Part shown: piece by piece, positions 20,936 through 32,901 of the stretch
How the letters are laid out: every line of letters starts with the position of its first letter
Position numbering within the stretch: position 1 is the stretch's first letter
Assembly: GCA_002692055.1 (NCBI GenBank)
Contig: NZJW01000015.1
Span: 27,089-91,088 of the forward strand
Reading direction: 5' to 3'
DNA: 64,000 bases
DNA from: Candidatus Pelagibacter sp.
Lineage (GTDB): Bacteria > Pseudomonadota > Alphaproteobacteria > Pelagibacterales > Pelagibacteraceae
The notes under the pieces: generated by a model
What the model was told of the DNA's origin: nothing
The model's database searches: none
What the model saw: the letters and a program-made list of their open reading frames with translations, nothing else
Position numbers and translations under genes: made by a program

Positions 20936-22839
20936 AATAATAGATAAGTAAGTAAAATTGTTAATCCAATCAAAATCACAAAAGCGTAATGGTACAAATA
21001 GCCAGATTGAAATAATACAGCTCGTTCAGAAATACTTTTGATTATTTTTGCAAAACCATTGGGGCCGAAACCATCAATTAATTTAATATCACCCTTGTTC
21101 CAAAAAAAAGAACCTATTGCTTTTGTAGGTCTTATAAAAATAAAATTGTAAATCTCGTCAAAGTACCATTTGTTTAGTAAAAAATTATAGAGAGGTTGGT
21201 TAATTTTTTTTAAATTTTCTAAAATATGCGTATTTTTAATATATATAAAATATGATCCAATTATAATTAGTAAACCACAAACTGGAGTAAATAATAAAAA
21301 CCAAAGTGGTGGATGCTTAAGAATAAATTGATCCTTAAAAAAAATTGAAGATTGCCAAAAATCTTGATGCTCATTTCCTATAAAAATATCTTTAAAAATA
21401 AAACCAGAAAAAATTGCACCTAATGTTAAGAAAAAAAGGGGTAATAAAATTATCACTGGAGACTCGTGTATTTTTTTATATTTATTAATTTCACCTCGAT
21501 AAGTTCCATGAAATGTTTTGTAAATAAGTCTCCAAGAATATATTGAAGTAAGTAAAGCTGTAAAAACACCAAGCACAGTTGCATAACCGCCCATATTATT
21601 TGGAGAAAAATAAGTTGCTTCTAAAATTGCATCTTTTGAATAGAAACCTGAAAAAAAAGGAAAGCCCGTTATCGCGAGAGTACCTATAATCATAAAAATA
21701 TAAGTAAAAGGTATCTTTTTGTAGATACCTCCCATTTTTCTTATGTCTTGTTCTTCATTTAAACTATGAATTACTGAACCGGCGCATAAAAACAACAATG
21801 CTTTAAAAAAAGCATGAGTAAATAAATGAAATATTGCAATATGGTAAGCCCCCACACCCGCAGCAAAAAACATATATCCCAATTGACTACACGTTGAGTA
21901 AGCAATAATTTTTTTTATATCATTTTGAACGAGTGCCACTGTGGCTGCAAAAAAAGCTGTTGAAGCTCCTATCAATATAATTAAGCTCTTAGAAATATCC
22001 GAATACTCAAAAAGAGGAGAGCATCTTACAACAAGAAATACGCCTGCTGTAACCATTGTTGCGGCGTGGATTAAAGCTGACACTGGGGTTGGTCCTTCCA
22101 TTGCATCTGGTAACCACGTGTGTAAAAAAAGTTGTGCTGATTTACCCATAGCGCCAATAAATAAAAATATACAGATATATGTTATTAGACCACCTTCAAC
22201 TCCTAAAAAATTTATTTTTTTTTGATCTAGACTAGGAATCTGTTGAAAAACTTCAGAAAAATTAAGTGACCCAGTAAATTTAAAAATTAAAAATACACCA
22301 ATAGCTAAACCAAAATCACCAACACGATTTACAATAAAAGCCTTAATAGCTGCGGCGTTAGCGGATGGTTTTTTAAACCAGAAGCCAATTAATAAATAAG
22401 AAGCAAGACCAACGCCTTCCCAGCCAAAAAAAAGTTGAAGAAAATTATCGGACGTAATAAGCATCAACATTGCAAAAGTAAATAATGATAAATAGCCCAT
22501 AAAACGCGGTTTATGAGGATCATGTTGCATGTAACCAATCGAGTAAACATGAACTAAAAAAGAAACTGAGGTAACCACAACTAACATCACTGAAGTCAAT
22601 GAGTCGATATATATAGACCAATTTAAATTAAGGTTTCCACTTGAAATCCACTCGAAAATTACAAAATTCAAAACTTCAGAACCTTTAATGAATTGGAAAA
22701 AGTAAAAAAATGATATCAAAGATGATGCAAAAACTAATAAACAAGTAACAAACTGTGATGCAGCGTCTCCAATTTTTTTTCCAATAAAGCTCGTAATTAA
22801 AAAACCCAATAAAGGAAACATTATAATTAAGTAGGCCAT
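20932..22839 (-). CDS. nuoL: NADH-quinone oxidoreductase subunit L
   Basis: WLPDAMEGPTPVSALIHAATMV motif. Confidence 0.97.
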   Translation of the reverse strand: MAYLIIMFPLLGFLITSFIGKKIGDAASQFVTCLLVFASSLISFFYFFQFIKGSEVLNFVIFEWISSGNLNLNWSIYIDSLTSVMLVVVTSVSFLVHVYSIGYMQHDPHKPRFMGYLSLFTFAMLMLITSDNFLQLFFGWEGVGLASYLLIGFWFKKPSANAAAIKAFIVNRVGDFGLAIGVFLIFKFTGSLNFSEVFQQIPSLDQKKINFLGVEGGLITYICIFLFIGAMGKSAQLFLHTWLPDAMEGPTPVSALIHAATMVTAGVFLVVRCSPLFEYSDISKSLIILIGASTAFFAATVALVQNDIKKIIAYSTCSQLGYMFFAAGVGAYHIAIFHLFTHAFFKALLFLCAGSVIHSLNEEQDIRKMGGIYKKIPFTYIFMIIGTLAITGFPFFSGFYSKDAILEATYFSPNNMGGYATVLGVFTALLTSIYSWRLIYKTFHGTYRGEINKYKKIHESPVIILLPLFFLTLGAIFSGFIFKDIFIGNEHQDFWQSSIFFKDQFILKHPPLWFLLFTPVCGLLIIIGSYFIYIKNTHILENLKKINQPLYNFLLNKWYFDEIYNFIFIRPTKAIGSFFWNKGDIKLIDGFGPNGFAKIIKSISERAVLFQSGYLYHYAFVILIGLTILLTYLLL

Positions 22840-22840
22840 G

Positions 22841-23152
22841 CTAACCTTTTAAAGTATTAATGTCCTCTACATGAATACTTCCTTTATTACGAAAAAAGAC
22901 CACTAAAATCGCTAAACCAATAGCAGCTTCTCCTGCTGCAACAGTTAGTACAAACATTGTAAATACTTGACCAACTATGTCTTGTAAATAAACTGAAAAT
23001 GCAACTAAATTAATGTTTACTGAAATTAAAATAAGTTCAATAGACATTAAAAGTACTATCACATTCTTTCTATTTAAAAATATTCCAACGATACCAATAG
23101 TAAATATAATTGCTGCTAAAAATAAATAGTGACCCAAAGAGATATCAATCAT
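22841..23152 (-). CDS. nuoK: NADH-quinone oxidoreductase subunit K
   Basis: LMSIEL and [12 protein letters not shown] motifs. Confidence 0.96.
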   Translation of the reverse strand: MIDISLGHYLFLAAIIFTIGIVGIFLNRKNVIVLLMSIELILISVNINLVAFSVYLQDIVGQVFTMFVLTVAAGEAAIGLAILVVFFRNKGSIHVEDINTLKG

Positions 23153-23765
23153 TTAATTTAACTCCTTTAAAACTTTCAATTTCTGATAATAAAACACCAT
23201 CAGCTCTTTCTCTTGAAACTTGCTTTGTAATATCTTGTCTTTTAAGATTATCTTTTCTTCTAAAGGTTAATAAAATTGCACCAATCATTGCTACCAATAA
23301 GATTAAGCCTGATATTTGGAAATAATGTAAATAATCTGTATACAAAACATTTCCTATTGCTTCAGTATTACTAAAGTCGTTATCAATTTCTATTTCTGAA
23401 GTTTTTATAAATTTATCTTTATACCTCCAAGTTCCAAGCATAATTCCTATTTCTATCAATAAAACTATACCAATAAAGGCGCCAAAAGGTACATAACCTA
23501 AAAAACCAGATTTCAACTCTTTAAAATTAACATTAAGCATCATTACAACAAACAAAAATAATACTGCAACAGCGCCTACATAAACAATAAGTGTTAGCAT
23601 TCCTAAGTATTCTGCTCCCATCATTATAAATAAACATGAAACACTTACAAAATCTAAAATTAAAAAAAAAACAGCATGAATAGTATTTCGCGCTGAAATA
23701 ACCGCTAATGACGATGCAATTGTTATAAAAGAAAACAAATAAAAAACTAAAGCATGTGCTAGCAT
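23145..23765 (-). CDS. nuoJ: NADH-quinone oxidoreductase subunit J
   Basis: [17 protein letters not shown] motif. Confidence 0.96.
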   Translation of the reverse strand: MLAHALVFYLFSFITIASSLAVISARNTIHAVFFLILDFVSVSCLFIMMGAEYLGMLTLIVYVGAVAVLFLFVVMMLNVNFKELKSGFLGYVPFGAFIGIVLLIEIGIMLGTWRYKDKFIKTSEIEIDNDFSNTEAIGNVLYTDYLHYFQISGLILLVAMIGAILLTFRRKDNLKRQDITKQVSRERADGVLLSEIESFKGVKLND

Positions 23766-23767
23766 AA

Positions 23768-24253
23768 TTACCTGTATTGTTTATCTAGCTTAATATTATT
23801 TGCTATTTCTGTTTCCCAGCGATCACCATTCTCTAAAAGCTTGTCCTTCGTAAAATACAATTCTTCTCTGGTTTCTGTAGTAAATTCAAAATTAGGCCCT
23901 TGCACTATTGCATCAACTGGACATGCTTCTTGACATAATCCGCAATAAATACATTTTACCATATCAATGTCATATCTAGTTGCTTTTCTTGATCCATCAT
24001 CTTGTGGTTCAGCTTCAATTGTTATTGCTTGGGCAGGACAAGCTGCTTCGCAAAGTTTACATGCAATACATCTTTCTTCCCCGTTAGGATATCTTCTTAA
24101 AGCATGCTCACCTCTAAATCTTGGACTAATCGGACCTTTTTCAAAGGGATAATTAATTGTAACCTTTGGTTTAAAAACAAACTTTATTGCTAAATATAAA
24201 CCTTTAATAAATTCACTTAAAAAAATAGTTTTTATTAGCCTGTTAAATTTCAT
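23768..24253 (-). CDS. nuoI: NADH-quinone oxidoreductase subunit I
   Basis: Two CxxCxxCxxxCP motifs. Confidence 0.97.
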   Translation of the reverse strand: MKFNRLIKTIFLSEFIKGLYLAIKFVFKPKVTINYPFEKGPISPRFRGEHALRRYPNGEERCIACKLCEAACPAQAITIEAEPQDDGSRKATRYDIDMVKCIYCGLCQEACPVDAIVQGPNFEFTTETREELYFTKDKLLENGDRWETEIANNIKLDKQYR

Positions 24254-24254
24254 A

Positions 24255-25259
24255 TCAATTTATCGGAACCTTTTTAAAATAAACTAAAAAACCAGAAACA
24301 ATTACCACCCAAGCAAGAGAAATTGGTAAAAACACTTTCCAACCAAGCCGCATTAACTGATCATATCTATAACGAGGAACTATAGCTTTAATCAAAGCAA
24401 AAGCTATAAATAATATAAATATTTTAAATATTAACCATAGCGGAGTGGGTATTAAGTTAAATGGATATAAATCAATTGGTGACAACCAGCCCCCTAAAAA
24501 TAATACTGAACCCATTGCGCACATTAATAAGATATTCGCATACTCACCTAACCAAAAAAGTGCATACATCATCCCAGAATATTCGGTTTGATAACCTGAT
24601 ACTAACTCAGCTTCTGCTTCTGGTAAGTCAAATGGAGGTCTATTAGTTTCGGCAAGTGCTGAAATAAAAAAAATTATAAACATTGGAAAAAGTGGAACAG
24701 CAAACCAAACTTTTTTTTGTGCAATTACAATATCGACTAAATTTAAAGATCCAACACACAATAATACTGTTACAATTACAAACCCAATAGAAACTTCGTA
24801 TGACACCATTTGAGCAGCAGATCGAAGAGCTCCTAAAAATGGATATTTAGAGTTTGAAGCCCAACCTGCCATTATAATTCCATATACGCTTAATGACGAA
24901 ACTGCAAAAAGATAAAGGACTCCAACATTGATATTAGTTAAATAAATATCTTCGCCAAAAGGAATAACTGCCCAAGAAAGAAGTGCTAATGACATTGTGA
25001 CAACTGGGGCTAAAATAAATATTATTTTATTAGAGCCAGCTGGAATGATAATCTCTTTAAATATATATTTTAATGCATCAGCGACAGTCTGTAACAAACC
25101 AAACGGACCTACTACGTTTGGACCCCTTCTTAATTGTACTAAACCCCAAACTCTACGATCTACCCAAACAATCATTGCCACAGCAATAAGCACAGGTATA
25201 ACCAGAGATAGTATTTTTAAACTATCTGAAAAAATAATATTTAAATAAACATTTAACAT
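24255..25259 (-). CDS. nuoH: NADH-quinone oxidoreductase subunit H
   Basis: [12 protein letters not shown] and [14 protein letters not shown] motifs. Confidence 0.97.
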   Translation of the reverse strand: MLNVYLNIIFSDSLKILSLVIPVLIAVAMIVWVDRRVWGLVQLRRGPNVVGPFGLLQTVADALKYIFKEIIIPAGSNKIIFILAPVVTMSLALLSWAVIPFGEDIYLTNINVGVLYLFAVSSLSVYGIIMAGWASNSKYPFLGALRSAAQMVSYEVSIGFVIVTVLLCVGSLNLVDIVIAQKKVWFAVPLFPMFIIFFISALAETNRPPFDLPEAEAELVSGYQTEYSGMMYALFWLGEYANILLMCAMGSVLFLGGWLSPIDLYPFNLIPTPLWLIFKIFILFIAFALIKAIVPRYRYDQLMRLGWKVFLPISLAWVVIVSGFLVYFKKVPIN

Positions 25260-25264
25260 ATATT

Positions 25265-27271
25265 TTAAAATTCTACTCTTTTAATTTTTTTTTTTATATT
25301 TTTGCAGTCGTGCATTGTTTTGGAAGAACGCGCGATAATATTTGTTTGGTAATAATCAATTTCATTAATATCTAATTCAAAATCTTTTCTTATATGATCA
25401 TTGATTTTTAAATCACTACAATTTGATTTAGGCATTTTATCATAGTCACCAAGCAAAGGGTATTCCGCTATCATTTTTTTTCTTAGTTGATCAAAATTAC
25501 TGTAACCAAGATCTACATTATTTAATTTTGCAATACTTAAAAAAATTTCCCAATCTTCTTTTGCTTGTCCAGGCGGAAAACTAGCTTTATAAGTCCTTTG
25601 TACTCTACCCTCTAAATTTACAAATGAGCCATTTTTTTCTGAATGAGACGCGGATGGCAGTATTACATCTGCTAGTAAAGCATTCTCACCTCCGTGGGTA
25701 CCTTGGTAAATTACAAATTGATTTTCTTTTTTGTCTATTAATACTTCATCAGAATTAAGTAAAAAAAGTAAATCTGAATTATAAACTTTTTTCAAATTAC
25801 TTGATTGCAAACCGAGTATTAAAGAGCCTACATTTGAGGCAGATTGATGAAGAATGTTAAAACCATTTAATTTATTAATTTTTTTTAATAAAATTTTTAC
25901 TGATGATATTACGTTTTTAGAAATGCTTGATTTCAAAGCACTTTCTCCAATTATTATCGCAGGATTTTTAGCATTACTTAAAAGCTTAAATTCTGAAATC
26001 TTTTCAGTTATCAAATCATCTAAAATTGAAACGTTTTTACCGATTATTTTATAATTATAATTCTGATTACCAGGATCTCCAATCGAAAATACTTTGCATC
26101 CACGGTTTACTGCTTTTCTTATTCTATAATTTACAATCGTAGCTTCTAATCTTGGATTTGCGCCAATTAATAAGATAAAATCACAATCATCAATTTTATT
26201 AATAGATGTGTTGAATTTAAAATTAAAATCATCTGTAGTGTCAAATAAAATGTCTTTTTGTCTAAAATCAACTAATTGAGAATTATAAATCTTATCAAAT
26301 AATTCTTTGAAGGCATAACTTGTTTCTAAATCAACTAATTGGCCTATCAAACCACCGTATTCTTTTTTATTTTTAGAATTTTGATTAATAAATTGTATTG
26401 CTTCTTTCCAAGAAGCTGCATGATGTTTTCCGTTTTTTTTTACATACGGAGTGTCAATTCTGTTGTTTAGTAAACCATCACATGCGTATCTTGTTTTATC
26501 AGAAATCCACTCCTCGTTAATCTCATCATTGATCCTTGGTAAAACTCTCTTAACTTCCCAGCCTTTAGAGTCCATCCTTATATTAGATCCAACTGCGTCC
26601 ATTACATCAATAGTTTCAACTTTATTTAATTCCCAAGGTCGTGCCTCGTAAGAATAAGGCTTTGATGTAAGAGCCCCGACCGGGCACAAATCAATTACAT
26701 TTCCCGACATTTCTGACTCAACTGTCTTTTCTAAGAAAGTAGTAATCTCCATATTTTCACCACGGTTAATCGTACCTATCTCAGCAATACCTGCTATCTC
26801 CTCAGAAAATCTCACACACCTTGTACAATGTATACATCTGTTCATATGTGTTTTGATTAATGGACCCATATATTTTTGTTTCACTGATCTTTTATTAAGC
26901 CCATATCTAGATCGTCCACCTCCATAATTAAAGGCTTGATCTTGTAAATCACATTCTCCTCCTTGGTCACATATTGGGCAATCTAAAGGGTGGTTAATTA
27001 ATAGAAATTCCATGACACCCTCTCGAGCTTTTTTAACCATTTCTGTATTAGTCTTGATAATTTGTCCATTAACTACTGGCATAGCACATGAGGCAACTGG
27101 TTTTGCAGATTTTTCAATTTCTACTAAACACATTCTGCAATTTCCGGCTATTGATAATCGTTCATGATAACAAAACCTGGGTATCTCTTTTCCAGCTGCT
27201 TCACATGCTTGAAGAACAGTTGAACCTGGCTCCACTTCAACTTCTGTATTATCTACAGTCACTTTAATCAT
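25265..27271 (-). CDS. nuoG: NADH-quinone oxidoreductase subunit G
   Basis: [34 protein letters not shown] and RCIHCTRC motifs. Confidence 0.97.
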   Translation of the reverse strand: MIKVTVDNTEVEVEPGSTVLQACEAAGKEIPRFCYHERLSIAGNCRMCLVEIEKSAKPVASCAMPVVNGQIIKTNTEMVKKAREGVMEFLLINHPLDCPICDQGGECDLQDQAFNYGGGRSRYGLNKRSVKQKYMGPLIKTHMNRCIHCTRCVRFSEEIAGIAEIGTINRGENMEITTFLEKTVESEMSGNVIDLCPVGALTSKPYSYEARPWELNKVETIDVMDAVGSNIRMDSKGWEVKRVLPRINDEINEEWISDKTRYACDGLLNNRIDTPYVKKNGKHHAASWKEAIQFINQNSKNKKEYGGLIGQLVDLETSYAFKELFDKIYNSQLVDFRQKDILFDTTDDFNFKFNTSINKIDDCDFILLIGANPRLEATIVNYRIRKAVNRGCKVFSIGDPGNQNYNYKIIGKNVSILDDLITEKISEFKLLSNAKNPAIIIGESALKSSISKNVISSVKILLKKINKLNGFNILHQSASNVGSLILGLQSSNLKKVYNSDLLFLLNSDEVLIDKKENQFVIYQGTHGGENALLADVILPSASHSEKNGSFVNLEGRVQRTYKASFPPGQAKEDWEIFLSIAKLNNVDLGYSNFDQLRKKMIAEYPLLGDYDKMPKSNCSDLKINDHIRKDFELDINEIDYYQTNIIARSSKTMHDCKNIKKKIKRVEF

Positions 27272-28554
27272 TAAGCTATTTTCCTATTTGCTAAATTGGA
27301 GCACTTCTCTTCCATCTCTTGTTTAAAGTGTCTCAATAAGCCTTGTACCGGCCAAGCAGCGGCTTCTCCAAAAGCACAGATGGTATGACCTTCAATTTGC
27401 TTTGTTACATCTAACAACATATCTATCTCATGAATTTCTGACTCTCCTTTATTTATTCTCTCCATCATTCTCCAAAGCCAACCTGATCCTTCTCGACATG
27501 GTGTGCACTGACCACAACTTTCATGTTTATAAAATCTTGATATTCTTGATATGCAAGAAACGATATCTTGCGACTTATCTATGACGACAATACCCGCGGT
27601 TCCCATGCCACTTTTTGCATCAATTAAAGAATCAAAGTCCATTAATATATTGTCACAAACTTTTTTTGGCAATAGGGGCATTGATGATCCACCAGGTATC
27701 ACAGCCTGTAAATTATCCCAACCACCAACAACTCCGCCTGCATGTGTTTCAATTAATTCTCTTAGTGGAATACTCATTTCTTCCTCTACATTACATGGAT
27801 TTACTACATTTCCAGAAATACAAAAAATTTTGGTTCCTCTATTTTTTGGACGACCAAATGATGCAAACCACTCTGCTCCTCTTTTTAAAATCGATGGAAC
27901 AACTGCAATTGTTTCTACGTTATTAACTATTGTTGGGCATCCATAAAGGCCAACTAGCGCAGGAAAGGGTGGTTTTAATCTAGGTTGCCCTTTATTTCCT
28001 TCTAAGCTCTCTAATAAAGCCGTTTCCTCTCCGCAAATATATGCTCCTGCACCAAAATGGACATACATGTCAAAATCCCATCCAGTCCCTGATGCATTTT
28101 TACCTATTAAATTTTTTTTATAAGCCTCGTTAATTGCTTCTTGCAATATTTTTCCTTCGTTCACATATTCGCCTCTTATGTAGACATAACAAGTTTTTGC
28201 ACCAACCGCGAATGCTGATATCAAAGAACCTTCAATTAATTTTTGTGGTTCATATCTTAAAATATCTCTATCTTTACAAGTACCGGGCTCAGACTCGTCT
28301 GCATTAATTACTAAATAATGTGGTCTTTGAGGATCTGGATCTTTTGGTGCAAAAGACCATTTCATACCAGTGGGAAATCCTGCTCCACCTCTTCCCCTTA
28401 ATTCAGATTTTTTTATTTCATTAATTATCCAATCTTTGCCTTTGGAAATAATTTCATTAGTATTTTTCCAATCACCTCTATTCAAAGCGTTGGATAAACT
28501 AAAAGTTTGATCTCCATATAAATTTTTGAATATTCTATCTTTATCTTTAAGCAT
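27271..28554 (-). CDS. nuoF: NADH-quinone oxidoreductase subunit F
   Basis: [23 protein letters not shown] and [10 protein letters not shown] motifs. Confidence 0.97.
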   Translation of the reverse strand: MLKDKDRIFKNLYGDQTFSLSNALNRGDWKNTNEIISKGKDWIINEIKKSELRGRGGAGFPTGMKWSFAPKDPDPQRPHYLVINADESEPGTCKDRDILRYEPQKLIEGSLISAFAVGAKTCYVYIRGEYVNEGKILQEAINEAYKKNLIGKNASGTGWDFDMYVHFGAGAYICGEETALLESLEGNKGQPRLKPPFPALVGLYGCPTIVNNVETIAVVPSILKRGAEWFASFGRPKNRGTKIFCISGNVVNPCNVEEEMSIPLRELIETHAGGVVGGWDNLQAVIPGGSSMPLLPKKVCDNILMDFDSLIDAKSGMGTAGIVVIDKSQDIVSCISRISRFYKHESCGQCTPCREGSGWLWRMMERINKGESEIHEIDMLLDVTKQIEGHTICAFGEAAAWPVQGLLRHFKQEMEEKCSNLANRKIA

Positions 28555-29150
28555 TTTTTAATAACGTAGTCCTATTTGAAGTTGGCTCCGACCCTTTTCT
28601 TCCTGATTGCGAACCAAATCTTGGTAAGCGCCCTTCTTTGAAACCTTTGAAAATTTCTTCAGCTTTTTTATCAGTTAAATCTTCGAAGTAATCATTATTT
28701 ATCTGTACCATTGGAGCATTGACACATGCTCCTAAACATTCAACTTCAATCCAAGAACTGTTTAAATCTTGATTAAGCTCTCCTTGTTTTTTTGATATTA
28801 TTTTTTTACACGTATCTACAATTTTTCCCGAACCTCTAATCATACAAGGAGTTGTTGTACATACTTGAACAAAATATTTTCCGACTGGTGCTAAATTATA
28901 CATACTGTAAAATGTAGCAATCTCATATACTTTTATATATGTTGTATTAAGCGTGTCTGCAATTAATTTAATTGCAGCTAAAGGAATCCAATTATTGTTC
29001 TGTTTTTGTGCGAGATATAGAAGAGGCATCACAGCACTTTTTTTTTTTGACACGGGATATTTTTGTAAAATTTCTTCAATTTTCTTTTTATTTTCTTCTG
29101 AAAAAACAAAATTTGATGGTTGATCTTTTGCTGTATTTTTTTTTACTCAT
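28547..29150 (-). CDS. nuoE: NADH-quinone oxidoreductase subunit E (apparent +1 frameshift in A9 run just after the start codon)
   Basis: CTTTPC and ECLGAC [2Fe-2S] motifs. The frame stays open upstream of the ORF-track start ([28 protein letters not shown]). The ATG at 29150 (ATGA overlap with nuoD) is one base out of frame across the T9 run at 29136-29144. Confidence 0.93.
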
Positions 29151-30322
29151 CGATCAACTTCTCCAAAAACTATATCCATTGAACCCAATAATGCTGGCAC
29201 GTCAGCAAGCATATGGCCTTTAATTAAATAATCCATTGCTTGAAGATGAATAAAACCTGGTGCTTTAATTTTGCATCGATATGGTTTATTTGTGCCATCT
29301 GCAACAAGATAAACACCAAACTCACCCTTAGGGGCTTCAACTGCAACGTAAGTTTCACCAGTAGGTACACTGTAACCTTCGGTGTATAATTTAAAGTGAT
29401 TTATTAATGCCTCCATAGAATTTTTCATATCTGATCTTTTTGGTGGTCCAACTTTTGTGTCAAGTGTCATAACTGGACCGTCAGGTAGATTTGACAAGGC
29501 TTGCTCAATAATCTTTATACTTTCTCTCATTTCTTCTATTCTGCAAAGATATCTATCATAACAGTCACCGTTTTTTCCTGTTGGAATTTTAAATTTAAAT
29601 TTTTCATAACCATCATAGGGCTGGGATTTTCGTAAGTCCCATGGAACACCTGAACCTCTAATCATCACACCAGAAAATCCATGATCTAGTGCTTCTTGAA
29701 CAGAGACAATGCCTATATCAACATTTCGTTGTTTAAAGATTCTATTATCAGTTAACAGAGACTCTAGATCATCAATAACTTTTGGGAATGACTTACAAAA
29801 AGCTAAAATATCTTTATCTAATCCAGTTGGCAGATCAATGTGTACCCCACCTGGTCTAAAATAATTAGCGTGCAATCTAGAGCCAGAAACTCTTTCATAG
29901 AAAACCATTAATTTTTCTCTCTCTTCAAAACCCCAGAGGGAAGGTGTTAAAGCTCCTACGTCTAATGCTTGAGTAGTTATATTTAAAATATGACTTAAAA
30001 TTCTCCCAATTTCACAAAACGCTACTCGAATATATTTTGCTCTAATTGGAACATCAATATTTAAAAGTTTTTCTACGGCTAATGCAAATGCATGCTCCTG
30101 GTTCATGGGCGCAACATAATCTAATCTATCAAAATAAGGTACCGCTTGAGTATATGTTTTGTGTTCGATAAGTTTCTCAGTGCCACGATGCAATAATCCT
30201 ATGTGAGGATCAGCTCTCTCAACAACCTCTCCATCTAATTCCAAAATTAATCTTAACACTCCGTGTGCAGCAGGATGTTGGGGTCCAAAATTTAAATTAA
30301 CGGTTTTGAATTCTTTTGACAT
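29147..30322 (-). CDS. nuoD: NADH-quinone oxidoreductase subunit D
   Basis: [22 protein letters not shown] and DIVFGEVDR motifs. Confidence 0.98.
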   Translation of the reverse strand: MSKEFKTVNLNFGPQHPAAHGVLRLILELDGEVVERADPHIGLLHRGTEKLIEHKTYTQAVPYFDRLDYVAPMNQEHAFALAVEKLLNIDVPIRAKYIRVAFCEIGRILSHILNITTQALDVGALTPSLWGFEEREKLMVFYERVSGSRLHANYFRPGGVHIDLPTGLDKDILAFCKSFPKVIDDLESLLTDNRIFKQRNVDIGIVSVQEALDHGFSGVMIRGSGVPWDLRKSQPYDGYEKFKFKIPTGKNGDCYDRYLCRIEEMRESIKIIEQALSNLPDGPVMTLDTKVGPPKRSDMKNSMEALINHFKLYTEGYSVPTGETYVAVEAPKGEFGVYLVADGTNKPYRCKIKAPGFIHLQAMDYLIKGHMLADVPALLGSMDIVFGEVDR

Positions 30323-30921
30323 TATTTTTTAATCTTTTGTTGTTCTTTTTTAATATATTGTGGACTTTGCCACGGACTCTTAAAATCAAAATCTCTGTAG
30401 GCCTGTTGTAGATTTACTGGACCATAAACAACCTTTTTTTTCTCGAGATCGTATCTAACCTCTTTATAACCTGTTAATGGAAAATCTTTTCTTAATGGAA
30501 AACCCTCAAAATTATAATCTGTTAATATTCTACGAAGATCTGGATGTTTATCAAATGATATTCCATGCATATCAAACACTTCTCGTTCCAACCAATTAGC
30601 TGATGGGAATATATTGGTTAAGGTCTTAATTTTTTTTTTATCTTCAATTTGTAGCTTAACCGTTAACCTCAGATTATTTTCGTGACTTAAAAGCAAGTAA
30701 ATAACTTCAAAACGTTTAGCTTTTCCTGGATAGTCAACAGCTAAAATATCAACTAATTGTCTAAATTTTAACTCAGGGTGTTTTTTTAATTGAATTATAT
30801 TTTCTATTATATTTTCAGGTTTGGAATAACAAAATAAATTACCATTTCGAATTTCTATATCTGATAAAAAAAGATTAGAACTTTTTTCGATAATAAACTT
30901 AATATCACTTAAATTTTTCAT
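30322..30921 (-). CDS. nuoC: NADH-quinone oxidoreductase subunit C
   Basis: [11 protein letters not shown] and [11 protein letters not shown]...PLRKDFP motifs. Confidence 0.97.
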   Translation of the reverse strand: MKNLSDIKFIIEKSSNLFLSDIEIRNGNLFCYSKPENIIENIIQLKKHPELKFRQLVDILAVDYPGKAKRFEVIYLLLSHENNLRLTVKLQIEDKKKIKTLTNIFPSANWLEREVFDMHGISFDKHPDLRRILTDYNFEGFPLRKDFPLTGYKEVRYDLEKKKVVYGPVNLQQAYRDFDFKSPWQSPQYIKKEQQKIKK

Positions 30922-30924
30922 TAT

Positions 30925-31464
30925 TTATCTGGCTAAAGTGCCTTCTCTTCTAATTTTCTTTTGTAATTGTAAAATTGCATACAAAAGCGCCTCTGCACTT
31001 GGTGGGCAACCAGGCACATAAATATCTACTGGCACAATTCTATCACATCCTCTGACAACTGAATAAGAATAATGATAGTAACCACCGCCATTTGCACAGC
31101 TACCCATTGATATCACATAACGTGGCTCTGGCATTTGATCATAAACTTTTCTTAAAGCTGGCGCCATTTTATTGGTAAGAGTACCGGCAACAATCATAAC
31201 ATCAGATTGTCTTGGTGAGGCTCTGGGTGCTGCACCGAATCTTTCTAAGTCATATCTTGGCATTGAAGCCTGCATCATTTCTACTGCACAACATGCAAGA
31301 CCAAATGTCATCCAATGCAGTGAGCCAGTTCTTGCCCAATTTATTAAAGTATCACTTGCAATTGTAACAAAACCCTTTTGAGAAAATTCCTCTGCAACCT
31401 CCCTAAAGTCCTCGGGAATTTTATTTATTTTTGAAACCGTGTTCATATTTTTGTTTATTCCCAA
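30925..31464 (-). CDS. nuoB: NADH-quinone oxidoreductase subunit B
   Basis: GLACCAVEM and GCPP motifs. Start placed at TTG 31464 (MGIN...), the usual overlap with the end of nuoA; ATG 31485 or 31446 are alternatives. Confidence 0.96.
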   Translation of the reverse strand: MGINKNMNTVSKINKIPEDFREVAEEFSQKGFVTIASDTLINWARTGSLHWMTFGLACCAVEMMQASMPRYDLERFGAAPRASPRQSDVMIVAGTLTNKMAPALRKVYDQMPEPRYVISMGSCANGGGYYHYSYSVVRGCDRIVPVDIYVPGCPPSAEALLYAILQLQKKIRREGTLAR

Positions 31465-31823
31465 TCCAACGCTCCTTTTTTCCATTCATAAACAAACCCA
31501 ACTGTGAGTATGAATAAAAAAAACATCATTGACCAAAAACCTAATAATCCTATATTCCCCAATGATACTGCCCAAGGAAATAGAAAGGCAACTTCTAAAT
31601 CAAATATTATAAATAATATTGCAACAAGATAAAAGCGGACATCAAATTTCATTCTAGAGTCATCAAATGCATCAAAGCCACATTCATATGCCGATAATTT
31701 TTCTGGATCAGGATTATTTGGTGAAAAAAGAAAATTTACAAATATAAAAGCAAATCCTAAGCCAACAGATATAAATAAGAATATTAAAATAGTGGCGTAA
31801 TCTCTTAAAAATTCAAATAACAT
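31455..31823 (-). CDS. nuoA: NADH-quinone oxidoreductase subunit A
   Basis: [20 protein letters not shown] and [10 protein letters not shown] motifs. Confidence 0.97.
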   Translation of the reverse strand: MLFEFLRDYATILIFLFISVGLGFAFIFVNFLFSPNNPDPEKLSAYECGFDAFDDSRMKFDVRFYLVAILFIIFDLEVAFLFPWAVSLGNIGLLGFWSMMFFLFILTVGFVYEWKKGALDWE

Positions 31824-31881
31824 TGATCATGTTTATATACAGAATCAAGGCTGGTTAAATGTGTATTTTTGACCTTAATAG

Positions 31882-32901
31882 TTAAAAAGTGAACTGTTTC
31901 CAGTCAATTTTCAGCCTATTATTTCCATTAATAGCTTTTATAAGACATTTTAAAAGAGGTAGTTTTTTTTGACCAACTAATGCTAAGATTTTCGTTCCAT
32001 ACAGTTTTATAAGTTCTGCGCCCTCAACAGTTACATTTTTCATTTGTTTCTTTACAATTGATTTATACAGAAGACCTTTTCCTAAAAAATATCCCAATTT
32101 AGCATTTCTACCTCCGAGAACACTAACATATAAATCTCCTGTACCAGCCAATCCATAGGCAGTATCAATATTGCCACCAAACTTTTTTGTAATATGCTTC
32201 ATTTCTTTTAGTGATTGCTCAAATAAACCAGATGACGTATTAAAATAATTGAGATCTTTTTTCCTAGATAATTTTCCAACTTGTCCTAAAGACGATCCAA
32301 TAATCGTCGCATAAATATTTTTAACTGCTGAACATATTTCTGCTCCTCTTATGTCTTTGGTAACTTCAGAGTGATAGTATTCATTATCTATAATTTTTTT
32401 GACGTACTTAGCATAGGAAATATTTTTTGATGCAAAAAGTGTTCTTGTATGAGATTTGTTAATTAATTCTTTGGCTAAACATGGTCCAGAAGCCATAACA
32501 ATTTTATTATTGTAACATTTAGCAGAAATATATTCACTTATTGGAATAATTTTATTATTAATTTGAGCAATTCCTTTTGTTATTAATAGCACGGGACAAT
32601 CATTCCTTAATTTATTCAGAATTTCAATTACCCAATTTATGCCTTTTGTATTTGTTCCAATTATAATTAAATCTATTGATTTGCTTTCTATTAAATTGAT
32701 CTCACTATTAAAATAAAAATTAATATTATTTGAAAAGTTAATATTAAAAAATTTATTTTTTTTATATTTTTTATAGTTTTTAATGTTCTTGTGATCATAA
32801 GGCGAACCAACAACTAAAGTTTTAATTTTATTAAAATCAAGAACAGATGTATATGCCATGCTTGCAATACCAGAGCCTAAAACTAAAGCATTTATCTTCA
32901 T
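31882..32901 (-). CDS. gpsA: NAD(P)H-dependent glycerol-3-phosphate dehydrogenase
   Basis: Rossmann start, ITKG, SGPCLAKE, KNIYA, GLAGTGDL, RN and EG motifs. Confidence 0.88.
   Translation of the reverse strand: MKINALVLGSGIASMAYTSVLDFNKIKTLVVGSPYDHKNIKNYKKYKKNKFFNINFSNNINFYFNSEINLIESKSIDLIIIGTNTKGINWVIEILNKLRNDCPVLLITKGIAQINNKIIPISEYISAKCYNNKIVMASGPCLAKELINKSHTRTLFASKNISYAKYVKKIIDNEYYHSEVTKDIRGAEICSAVKNIYATIIGSSLGQVGKLSRKKDLNYFNTSSGLFEQSLKEMKHITKKFGGNIDTAYGLAGTGDLYVSVLGGRNAKLGYFLGKGLLYKSIVKKQMKNVTVEGAELIKLYGTKILALVGQKKLPLLKCLIKAINGNNRLKIDWKQFTF

Noticed and set aside
28547-30322. nuoE body is in frame with nuoD across a single TGA (possible readthrough or selenocysteine fusion)
   Set aside because: NuoD ends at its canonical GEVDR terminus, and an ATGA-coupled start plus a one-base homopolymer indel explains it more simply.
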